Source: Trichosphaerium sp. ATCC 40318 (lineage: Eukaryota; Protista; Tubulinea). Taken from it: 64,000 bases of DNA. The stretch covers positions 62,001 through 126,000 of the forward strand of contig JALMLS010000640.1 in assembly GCA_038496445.1 (NCBI GenBank). The letters run 5' to 3'. Below the pieces are notes generated by a model. The model ran no database searches. It was not told the origin of the DNA and saw only the letters and a program-made list of their open reading frames with translations. A program made the translations under genes and the position numbers. Each line of letters opens with the position of its first letter. Position 1 is the stretch's first letter. Of this stretch, positions 13,601 through 24,381 are shown one piece after another.

Positions 13601-13722
13601 CTACATTGGCTGCTACCATACGTATTTATGCGCCTTATGTAAAATTTGCAATAGATACACACGGCATGGCGGTTAATTTAATTGGAGATGCTCCACCAAA
13701 TGACCGTAAGTCAATTTCTTGA
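10628..13722 (+). CDS. Putative mitochondrial ~70-aa repeat protein ('DDWY' repeats x5) with C-terminal PD-(D/E)XK (RAP/DUF559/Vsr-like) domain, paralog 1
   Basis: Arg-rich N-terminus MFYSTNRVMRVFRRQRR. Repeats LGIKVLDDWY...YPNHEWKPWRF. C-terminus VDIFVPEYNIAIEYQGEHHY...RDEEKMHQCEASGITLIPIPYWWD. Confidence 0.8.
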
Positions 13723-14254
13723 AATTGTAATTTAATTCTATTTCTATTCATTATGGAATGGTGTTTTTTAAAACAAGAACAACAAATTAACGCAAAATGT
13801 TCAACAACATTATATTAAACCAACTATTTAGCTTCAAAATCAGGTAATATGATGCAATCAACACCAGTGCAGGTGATGAGGACCCACAGTTAAAAATAAC
13901 TTTGTGTAAAAATCGTTTTCAAACAAAACAAAAAAACAAAAAAGAAATAAACGAAATTGTATTTGTAACTACACCCACAGATGTGTACACAACGAATAAC
14001 ATCTCAACAAACGATTAAAACAACAGGCCCACAACATGGAGAAACAAAAACATGTTACATGTAACATTAACGAATAAGTGACACTGGCTCGCCTTGTGGT
14101 TAAAAAGTTGAAATAATCGTGTGGATACAGAAATTACAAAAAAAAATACAGGAATTCTATCTGTTCCAAAAGAATGCGCCAAACAGTAACAAATAAAGGA
14201 GGTGTTAAAAAACACCAATGTTGGCTCTCGGCCATGCGCGATACTAAATCGACT

Positions 14255-14731
14255 TTACTTTGAGCTTTTCTTCGAGCGTACGGAACGTGTGCTCGACTTT
14301 CTCTTCACGGCTTTGCCGGTCTTCTTTGTGGTACGTTTCTTTGTAGCCTTGCGAGTTGCTGTCTTACGCTTTGGTTTCTTTGTGGTGGTTCTCTTGGCGG
14401 TCTTTTTGGCAGCAGGCTTCTTTTTAGGGGCAGCTTTCTTTCTGAGAGCGGTACGGAAAGCTGGGCTTAGACGGTATGAGGCGCGTGTAGTCTTTACAAG
14501 GACCTCTTTCTCGACTAGGCGTCTGAGTTGGATACGAAGAGAGCGCTTGAGAGTTGGTTCTGGGACTTTGTAGTTCTCAAGGATGTATTTGGCAATTGCG
14601 ACATTGGAGGCTCCTTTACGGACCTTACCGACGTCAAGGACGGCTTTGCCAACCATCTCTTGGTATGAAGGGTAAGCCTTTGGCTTAGTAGTTTTCTTTG
14701 CTTTGGATTTAGATTTAGGTGCGCTTGGCAT
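14255..14731 (-). CDS. Linker histone H1 (intronless)
   Basis: Globular H15 domain YPSYQEMVGKAVLDV...GASNVAIAKYILENY followed by a K/T/A-rich tail. Confidence 0.93.
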   Translation of the reverse strand: MPSAPKSKSKAKKTTKPKAYPSYQEMVGKAVLDVGKVRKGASNVAIAKYILENYKVPEPTLKRSLRIQLRRLVEKEVLVKTTRASYRLSPAFRTALRKKAAPKKKPAAKKTAKRTTTKKPKRKTATRKATKKRTTKKTGKAVKRKSSTRSVRSKKSSK

Positions 14732-15124
14732 GTTGTTTTGATTGTTTCGGTTGAAGTTAAAGGGCGTTTTTTAACGGTAATGTTGTTCGCGATGTAAAAA
14801 AAACTGACCAACCAGCGTCGACTTTCAAAAAAATGCACCAATCACATTCGAAACGAAAATTCGCCGCATTTTCGAATAGTCTGTACACCTTTACCTGTAC
14901 TCGTATTTGCTCTATGACACTTACTACATGTGTTGCCATGACCAACGAATTAACGGCTTTCAAAATAATTTTCTCACATACTGACACTATGTCACAGTGC
15001 CTCTCCACGCGTTGGCGAACTATGTAACCGGTTTTAAACCATAACGTCTCACTGCTGATATTATCCAAGCTTTGAAATTTGTTGATTGTTGCACTTGGGA
15101 GATTATTATTTTTGAACACTAAAA

Positions 15125-16510
15125 ATGCTTGATACAAAGAGAAAATTTGAGGGCGACGCGGGCACAGAACATGTAGCAAAGCGCCCAAAGGTTGTAGCAA
15201 CCCAAGATAAGATTAATGATTGCCTTCGGGTGGTTAAAGCCCTGATGAAGCATAAATACGGCTGGCCGTTTAATAAGCCTGTCGATCCAGCCGCATTGGC
15301 TATCCCCGACTATTTTGACGTTATTAAACACCCTATGGATCTTGGAACCATAAAAGTGAGATTTAATTTATTTATTGTTTAATACGCCTTCTTACGCTCC
15401 AGTAGGGTCGTTTAGACGAAAATAAATACCAAACAGTCGAAGAATTTCACTCCGACGTAATGCTCGTTTGGTCGAATGCTCTCACGTTCAACCAAGCTGG
15501 TTCACACATTTGTATCATGACCGAGGAGCTCAAGCAATTGTATATTAAAAAATGGGATACTTTACAAAAGAAATGGTCAAAACAAGGTACTATAACGACT
15601 GATAGTGTCAAATTAAAACAATACAGTCCACGAACATCAGAAACTCACCTAAAAAAATTCCTTGCTTTGTCTTTAATTTTTTGGAATTATTTCACGCTCA
15701 TGGCGATTTGTTTTGTACAATAATTATATTTTTGGCCTAAAAATCAAATGGCGCGCGATTTTTTTTTGCTTTCTATCAACGGAATTATCGGGACCTGTGA
15801 CCCCTTTTAACCAACCTATATTGTCATTATGCTCATATTATATTAGCTGGTGGTACTGGATCTACTACACGTTCTGGAAGAACGTACGTGCAATAATAAT
15901 TTTCAATTTTTTCAAAAAGAGATTGTATCCTAGTATTTGTATCTAATGTTAATATAGGCGTGCTAAAACAGAGTATGTGATTTATAAATTGCTGGTGTTT
16001 TTTTTGGCACACATTTAACTGTTTTTTTTTCAAAAGGGAAGTAAAGGAGATGTCTTACGAAGATAAACGCCAATTATGTATGGCTGTTAATAACTTGAAT
16101 AGCAAGTATTTGAATAGGGTCGTACAGATAATACACAACGCGCTCAACGATTTCCCTAAGGTAAGGCAACGTAGCCTTCATTAATTTTCAGAAAAAAAAA
16201 ATCTCAGCCTTAAACAATTATTACGCCCAAATGACGTAAAGCCTCACAGGAGACAATTTTTTTTTTGTAATTCTATTTCAATTTTTTTAACGCTAGTTGT
16301 TATTTTGATTGTATCTGGGCTTGACTCATTTTTGACTTATTCATTTGTGGGATAAAAAAATAATGATTTTTCTTTTAGGATAAAAACGCGGAAGAAGTTG
16401 AAGTGAATATTGAGCTTTTGCCAATTGATACGCTACGCGAACTTGAGGCTTATGCCAAAGAAGTAATTGCTAACCACGAAGATGCTACATTGAAACCGCA
16501 AGCGCTTTGA
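15125..16510 (+). CDS. Bromodomain + extra-terminal (BET/GTE-like) protein
   Basis: WPFNKPVDP...PDYFDVIKHPMDLGTIK and LVWSNALTFN. ET domain MSYEDKRQLCMAVNNL...EVEVNIELLPIDTLRELEAY. Confidence 0.92.
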
Positions 16511-17075
16511 TCAGGCCTAAAAGTGAAAGCGTTTATAATTTTGTATAAAACTAGCCTGTTGCCACGGAATTTAGCCCGTGAAGTGTATGTAGTAAGAAGA
16601 AGCGTAACAAGAGGTTTCATAAAAGAATAAAATGCATTCGCAATTTTTGACGTTTTGTCGATAACGTCTCTTTGTACGCGTTTTGTGCGTACTCAGAGTC
16701 AATACTCGTTAATTTAGCGTACAATAGCAGCTAACCAATTTGTTCAACAACAGTTTGGGCATTTTTTTTGACTGTCACAACTGTTCATTGCTCTGGTGCC
16801 GTTTAGGAATTTTGAGTTACGTATTAGTGAGCCAGTTTGTATGTTTATACGCTCTTATGCTGCGGGAAGGTGATTGGCGCAAGCGTAGTTTTGAAGCAAT
16901 CAATAGCCAGTAAAATGATGCTTTCACATGTGACACTACGGTTAAATAAATTTTGCAAGTAAGACCAAATTATGAATTCTAACTAGTTCAAGCCACCTTT
17001 AAGCAATCAAAGATAAAGTCAAGTACAATCTCTTGCTGTTCACATAACCATTTTCTTTCAGTTACTTGATTGATA

Positions 17076-17808
17076 ATGAGCAACAATAACACGTATATGA
17101 GCTGCTTTGTGAGTATTATCGGTAGTAAGGGTGCTGGTAAAAGTGGATTAAAAGTTCGGTTTACTATGCGTTTATATTGCGACGTCGCTTAGACCCAACA
17201 ATATCAGGCAGTTTTATAAGAGAACACGAGGTTGATGGCAAGTTTTGCCATACTCAAGTAATAGAAGGACAACTAGAGTTTGTAGCGTTACGTAAACAAG
17301 TATGGATGCCTTGTACATCTTTTAAATAATACTATTGTAAGTTTTCCAAAAAGTGTGATGGATACTTGTTTGTTTACTCTGTGGCAGATCGTAAGAGTTT
17401 TGAAGACATAGAACCTATGTTCAATACATTATTAGAGTACGTTTTGAGGAGGAAAACTGTTGACAAGATTGTGTTTTTTCCTACTTTTTGTTCGTGACAC
17501 AAAATCTAGACGTTGTCTGTACTTTTGACTGGTTTCGTGCTCTTAACCTTTCTGTTAGGGACAGGGGCGTTGAGAGTATTCCCATGGTTATTGTTGGGAG
17601 TATGGTTGATAAAGAAAAGGAGCGAGTTGTTGAAACTAGCGAGGGCTTAAAGTTAGCTGAAAAATTGTCCTGCCCTTTTGTTGAAGTTTCAAGCAAGGAT
17701 GATGTTAACATTGAGGAGCCTTTCACGCTTCTCGCTAGACAAATAAGGGATTGTAAAATAACATCAACAGAAAAGACTAAGAGCAAGAGTTGGTTCAAGT
17801 GTTGGTAA
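17076..17808 (+). pseudogene. Divergent Ras-like small GTPase with a 1-nt frameshift near 17190 (pseudogene or sequence error)
   Basis: G1 GSKGAGKS, effector loop DPTI in a shifted frame, YLFVYSVADRKSF, IPMVIVGSMVD, CPFVEVSSK, C-terminal KCW. Confidence 0.7.
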
Positions 17809-18140
17809 CAATGATCTTTCGACAGTTCTACTAAGTTCAATTCCTTTGTTGGATCGCAGATTTTTTTCAATAAACGCTAGTTAGCACTATCACGTGCCTA
17901 TTTTTGAAAATCGGTAAGTGGTGCGTGTTTTGCATGTAGCTTTTTCTCTGGCCAGACATTCAGCTGTTGTGGACTACGTCTTTTGCCTGTTCCCAGTGTC
18001 AGTTGCTTTTTGCGGACAGTCATTTTGTGAAGTCAGGTATTTCGTATCAATTTTATTGTGAAACACTTAAGTGACTTGAGTACTCAATTATTTTCACGTG
18101 TTCGAAGCGTCACGCACGTTTCTTTATTGCTGTTGTAAAA

Positions 18141-19778
18141 ATGGGTAATAATATAAGTGCTACGGCTGAAGAAAAGCGATTAGCAAAGAGAGAGCTATTA
18201 TCCGTGCTAGAAGGGTTTCTGAAAGGCACACGAGACAAAGAACTTTCTGACAAAGGAAATCGCTAAAGCTTTTTAGGATTTTGCGTTTACTTTGTCCCCA
18301 TGTGCCTTCTGAAGCGACGTGTTACCGGTATTCGGCGTGGTTTGGCTCTTGGAACTTTTTGTGGAGGTTTTAGGGCGTTAAACGCAGTGGTAAAGCTCTT
18401 AAAGATGAGTACGCAACCTGTAAAAGAGAAAGCTGCCCAACTTGGTTGTTTTTGTTATGAGAAAAGATTTTCTCCAGTCAGATTCGTTTTACTAAAACCT
18501 TGCAGGAAAGAAAATGCCTGAGGTATCGCCTAGACTAAAATTAGCATGTATTTCAGCAGTCAGTATGGCGGCAGCGTTAGTTGTGGACGGAGAACTTCAC
18601 ACGAGCTCAATTATTGTCAATTGGCAAGCCGTTTTTTTACTTTGAGATGGTCTCGCAACTAATACTGTCTTAGGTTCTTAGTGCGCGGATTGCGTACACT
18701 TGCGCCAGATGTACCATATGGAGCTACAATAATCATGTGTTTGGCTTCTAGTCAAATCTTATCGACATGGCTTCAAGAACCCTCTGAATTACATGGATCT
18801 TATCTCAATTTTCTTAATTATCATGGAGGACAGTCAAAGCATAACATGCATATTCTTCAAACTCATCGTGGAGAACATCTGAATCCATGCACTGTCACTC
18901 ATCCAGGTAAATTATAAGTTACCACAGATTAAGTCCACGTGACACAAACAGCATCACAGGCGACCACTTGAGTTTTTGTTTTGTTTAAAAATTTACTTTT
19001 TGTCGTGCCTGGCTTGGAGTGTAATCATTTTTTAATTACTCATGATATTAAAGGCATGTCACATGTACGATACATAATGAATTTTTGGCTTTCTGAGATG
19101 AGAAGAGCTATACCAGTATACTTACCCTTATACGTTATATTCTTTGTTTTGGGAAAGAACAGAAACAAGACTTTGCTGGTTTATAATATTCTACGTTCGA
19201 GTACTTTCCTCGCTACTTACTGCACTATTGGATGGGGTTCTGGATGTGCTTATTATGGTATGACAGGAAGAAACTTCACACGAACAAACCTGACTCATCA
19301 CACGTGCGCATTTTTGTTTTGTTATTTGTTCTTTTGGTTGTTGCTTATTGTTGTTGACAGGTGGCTGGCTGGGTTGGCAACACTGATTGATAGACCTAAT
19401 AGGCGTAAAGAACTTGCAGCGTATTGTTTGACTTATGCTATTGACTCAATGTATACGCACTTACGTAACAAAGGTAAAGAAAACGTGTACAACATGGCTG
19501 ACACTAACATCACTTTTTTTGCAGATATTCTTGGCCATCCTCCATCCTGGATGAGCGGCCTTATTCTTATTATTTCACTAGCTCTTATGATGTATTCTTT
19601 TGAGCTTCAACCAGGTACATCGCAATATTGCCAGGAAAGGCACTAACTAAATTATGTAGGTTTCTTAACGAAATGGCTGTTGAATATTGACAAAAACAAG
19701 TTTCTTGAGGATCAACAAGACAAAAAAGATAGGCTACGATTAGATCATGGACACCCAGAATTAAGGCATACAACATAA
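18141..19778 (+). CDS. TMEM135/PMP52-family membrane protein
   Basis: PCTVTHPG, YLPLYVI, ILRSSTFLATY, IDRPNRRKELAAYCL. The model needs two GC-AG introns (18226-18276, 18624-18673). Confidence 0.8.
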
Positions 19779-20015
19779 CTTCTGACATTGTTCAAAAGGG
19801 TACACTGTAAACGAAAAGACAGTATGTCACCCCAGAAAATAAACTAAAAACTTGCGTCTAATAACGCATCGCAGTGGTTACTATTTTATTGCATAAAGTG
19901 GAAAATAAGAAAAATCCAAGAGCGGAAAATAGGCGTAGAAGAAAAAGAGTGTTCACGTTTTATTATTAGTGTCTTGGTTCTAAAGCAACAGCTTTGTTCT
20001 TACAATTTTCCTGTT

Positions 20016-21362
20016 TTATGCAATGACAAGGTTATGCCACTGCCATGTGCCATCAGGATCAAACGAACTGGTGTCTTCGTGTAACGCATTATTCCTACAC
20101 CAATACCATGTTGATAACCACACAGGATCTTGACTAACAAGAACACCTTCTAAAAACTTTAAAACGTGATTGATATTAACAGTAGTGACTCTTAAGATCT
20201 TCAAATAAGGGCCAAGTGTTTTAATGAACCTGTAAGTAATATTACGACACCCTGATACATCAAGATGACGTACACCAACAAGAGACTTTATACTATCATC
20301 AGAAACACGAAGATGACTAAGATTTAATGCATAAACACCAGCAAGAGCTTTGATGCCAACATCAGTAACAGTAAAACAACCGCTTAGTCCAAGAGTATGT
20401 GCACCAGCTAAAGCTTTTATACCTTCATCACTAACACCCACACAACTAGCTAGGTTAGCTGTATGTACTCCAGCAAGTGCTTTAACACCTTCATTTGAAA
20501 TATGACAACAAATCAAAAAAATCTTGTGAACACCAGCCAATGCTTTTAAGCTATCATCTGTTATTGTTGTCCAACTTAAGTCAATTGTATGTACGCCAGC
20601 CAATGCTTTTACACCTTCATCTGAAATACGTGTATGAGAAAGACATATTGTATGAACACCAGCAAGAGTCTTAAGTCCATCATCTGTCAAGTGAAGACAG
20701 CGAGCTAAATCAATTGTATGAACACCTGCTAAGGCAGAAATACCTCTATCTGTTATCTCGCATGTAGCAAGAGCAACAACATGTGCACCAGCTAGTGCTA
20801 TAAATCCTTCATCTGTTAGATCAGCACAACCTGTTACACCTATAGAATGTACACCAGAGAGCGCTTTAAGTGACTTATCTGTTATATTAAAGTAACTTAT
20901 ATCAATACGTTCAACACCTGATAAAGAGCATATACCTTCGTCTGTTATTGCTGTAGGGTTATCTGATTGTTGTAGAGTGTGAGATATTGTTAGTGTCTTG
21001 ACTCCAGAGAGGGATTTTAGTATATCATCTGTTATAATGTTGTTACGGCCTAGGTGTAAGTGTTTGGCTCCTTTTAAGGCTTTTATGTCGCAAGCGCATT
21101 TTATTGTTATGATAGAGTTTTTTAAAACGCCTCTGTATGTTTGTATGCGATCAATTAATGTTGTTGAGTTGATGTAGACGTTTTTATAGCCAAGAAAGTC
21201 GTGTATTACTTGAGCCGTTAGTTTACATACTTGAGCTATTGCGTAACGCTCTGTATCAGCGCATAAGCTTATTATAAGGCATATAAGCTCGTTTGGAAGG
21301 TAATCGATAAACGACATTGTTTCAACGGCATCTTGTAGGTACTTCGCTCGCTTTGACGTCAT
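20016..21362 (-). CDS. F-box + ~22-aa LRR protein (intronless), copy 1
   Basis: F-box IDYLPNELICLIISL, then about 12 repeats of LAGVHTIDLS..ITDEGVKA. Confidence 0.9.
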   Translation of the reverse strand: MTSKRAKYLQDAVETMSFIDYLPNELICLIISLCADTERYAIAQVCKLTAQVIHDFLGYKNVYINSTTLIDRIQTYRGVLKNSIITIKCACDIKALKGAKHLHLGRNNIITDDILKSLSGVKTLTISHTLQQSDNPTAITDEGICSLSGVERIDISYFNITDKSLKALSGVHSIGVTGCADLTDEGFIALAGAHVVALATCEITDRGISALAGVHTIDLARCLHLTDDGLKTLAGVHTICLSHTRISDEGVKALAGVHTIDLSWTTITDDSLKALAGVHKIFLICCHISNEGVKALAGVHTANLASCVGVSDEGIKALAGAHTLGLSGCFTVTDVGIKALAGVYALNLSHLRVSDDSIKSLVGVRHLDVSGCRNITYRFIKTLGPYLKILRVTTVNINHVLKFLEGVLVSQDPVWLSTWYWCRNNALHEDTSSFDPDGTWQWHNLVIA

Positions 21363-21577
21363 TTTGTAGATCTAGCTCGAAGTCAGACGCATTGCTTCAA
21401 TTTTGTTTAACGGACGCGTTTGTATTTTTTACGGTATTTAGTAGTGGTTTGATGCGTCAGCGTCGTTTATTACTGTTTGAATAAGTTTGGCAATTAAGGC
21501 CGACTATTGCGCAGGTTTGGTGTCACATATTCATGCAAACGTGTTGTAGCTGTTAGGAAATAGAATTGAAGGTTACA

Positions 21578-22793
21578 ATGGACAAAAAGTTACTCCGTTC
21601 CGAATTACAGTGTCCAATTTGTAGAAGTATGTTCTGCGAGCCAATAACGATTGGTTGTGGTGCGTTGTTAGAGAAAAGAACAAACTTTGTGAAGATTACT
21701 GTTTTTCATTGTACGCCAAGTGACAACTACTAGGCCATTCTTTTTGCCGAAAATGCATCGTAAGGTATGTTTGCGCTAGTACGTATTAAATATTTACGTA
21801 AACGCTTGTAGCGCATCTATTTCGCAAAAAAATGCGTGGTACGTCATAGATACATTGTTTTAAGACTAATTGTACAGTCCACTATGTCGACAGCCTTTTT
21901 ACATTACTTTAAACCATCCAATAAACACAACGATACAAAACATAATAACTGCAATGTTCAAAGAAGAGTTTCTTGAACAACAGATAGAGAATTTACCAAA
22001 ACAAGAAAATCAAGAAGAGTTTACAGTCCCTCTCTTTGTACTTGGCTTGGTTCTTTTCCCTAACGCTAAGACACAAATTTGGGCACATGAACCGAGATAT
22101 GTAACAATGATTCAGCAGTGCTTGCAGTCGTCAGGTACGTTGACATGGGTTGAGTTTTTTCTTTCTTTTTTCCTCTCAATGGTTTTTCAGGTCAATTCGG
22201 GATTGTACGAAGTGATGGACGAGGTGGTATAGAAGAATTTGGTACATTAGTTAAAATAGAGGCAGCAGAAGCATGTATAGGATCAATGCATCATCTGTAT
22301 ACTCAAGGCACAACGATTTTATTGAAAGTTGTTGGAAAATATCGGATACAACTTTCCAGCTGTGAGCTGAATCCGTACGTTCCTCCCTGGTGGTATGGCC
22401 AATACCATTGTCTTATTCTACAAATAGTTCAGGGTATTGGGTTGGTAAAGCGTCCAAGGCTGTTGATAGTATCGATCCTGCGGCAGCTCAAATGTTAGAC
22501 CAATTAAAAATAGTTGCTGAGAAAAAAGCACGTGAACTTCAACTTCTTAATCACGTGACGGAACCAGTACCTTCAGATCCAAGACAATTTTCTTTTTTCC
22601 TTGCAAATAATTTACGTATGCACCAACACACAAGATATGCTGTACGTTGCACGTGGGAATCATTCGTTGTTTGTTTTTAATTTTTGATTGATTTGTCTTT
22701 TAGATGCTCAAGGAATTTGATACAGCAAAACGATTAGGGTTGTTGTGTAAGTATTTGGATACATATACACCATACTCTTGTACAATATTGTAG
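21578..22793 (+). CDS. RING finger + LON N-terminal (LONRF-like) E3 ligase
   Basis: [25 protein letters not shown]...CPLCR, then VPLFVLGLVLFP...HEPRYVTMIQQC. Ends in a CaaX-like CTIL*. Confidence 0.88.
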
Positions 22794-23082
22794 ATAGATA
22801 CTATAAAATAAAAACGAGCGCTAAATATGGAAGTGTTATTACCATTGATCTTCATTTATTTCTATGTTCGCTAGTGTAACTAATTGTTGATACAAGTATC
22901 TGTGAGCAGTTATGCATTGTTGTGGCTAATACAAACAGCCACAAATAGCTTGCTTACTCTAGCGTGGTTATCAGTGCTCACAACGACCTAAAACTAAGTT
23001 AGCGCTAAGGCAAAAATAGTTTGGCTAACTGATGCCTTAAGAAGACAACATTCTCTGAAACAGCGAAGCCACGTTAGCACAA

Positions 23083-24169
23083 ATGTACTGGTTACCAATT
23101 GAGCTCGTAGAGGATACTGCGGTATTTCTAGTACCAGACTTAGACTCTGTAATAAACCTTGGGAGTACATGTCAACGATTCAATGCTATGATAAAAAATG
23201 AAGCGTTTTGTAAATGTATGTATCGTAAAGTACTTGAGGACAGGTTTGTGGTTTGTTTGAAAAAGTTGTTTCTCTTATTTTATTCAAGGTTGAATATAGA
23301 CACTCTACAGCCTCCTACGGATTTTTCTTGGCATCGAGTGCGTTACCAGACACGTATGGATTCTGATTATCAATACACAGGCGATTAAGGAAAGAATAAG
23401 AGGTTTACACAAAAAACCAACAACTTTGGCTTGCCCGCCACAGGATATTGAACTAAAAGCAGGTACATGGATAGAAAGTGTTAAAGTGATGTACAGCAGA
23501 AGTTCTTCGCGTTATCATTGTAAGTATCATGTGCTATTACAACTTTTTGTTAATTGTTTTTATTTTTCGGATAGACAGTGTGGAGTACAAAACAAACGAG
23601 GGAGAACTTATCCGATGGAGAGCAGAGCGCCCTCTCAATACTGTACATGAAGGGTTGTATCTACAAGAATTATATTGGCCTGCATGGTTTATAAAAAGGT
23701 GTTTTCCTATCTTTTGGGAAGACCCCATTTATCTAATGATGCTCAAACAAAGACATATTGTTGAGATTAATTTGGTTGCTGACGCTGGAGTCAGATACCT
23801 CTCATTTCTTTTTAGTGACGGCCATGTATCAGGTACTTTAGAAATACAGTTTTTATCGTAACCCTTTCTTTTTCAGAAGCTGGAGATAAGACAGCAGGAG
23901 AAGTACAAAAAATAACCTTTCTTGGCACTGAGACACGTGATATAAAGATCCAAGCCAACCGAGGTGTGATCATTGATAAAATTGGCTTCGTCACTGCCAA
24001 GCAATCTACTAAATACTATGGTGGAAGGGGCGGTTTCCATCTCCCATCCATGCAAGGGCATATCGTTAATGTGAACATGACGTGTAGAATGTGGAGAGGC
24101 GTTTTGACTATTGAACATATTATAGCCATAATGGCTCGTGATGATTCCTTGCTACATCATATTTTCTAA
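23083..24169 (+). CDS. F-box + jacalin-like lectin domain protein
   Basis: F-box-like WLPIELVEDTAVFL...LGSTCQRFN. Jacalin-type blades IELKAGTWIESVKVMY, IDSVEY, GVIIDKIGFVT...YYGGRGG. Confidence 0.65.
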
Positions 24170-24381
24170 AGGGATGGTCGATATTAACAATTTATATGAT
24201 GTTAAAGTTACCACAATTGGACAGTACTAAGGTGAATTTTAATATACACGTGATCGAGTATTCCGAATAAATTACAATTATAAAGGTCTCCAAAAAAATT
24301 GATCAAAAAATTTGCTATCTTCCGTTAACTAGCTATTTCGCCAAGTATTTTTCGCTCTGAAAGCTCTTTATTTGTTGTAGC

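Noticed and set aside
14202-14573. 123-aa hydrophobic ORF
   Set aside because: Antisense shadow of the Lys-rich histone H1 gene.
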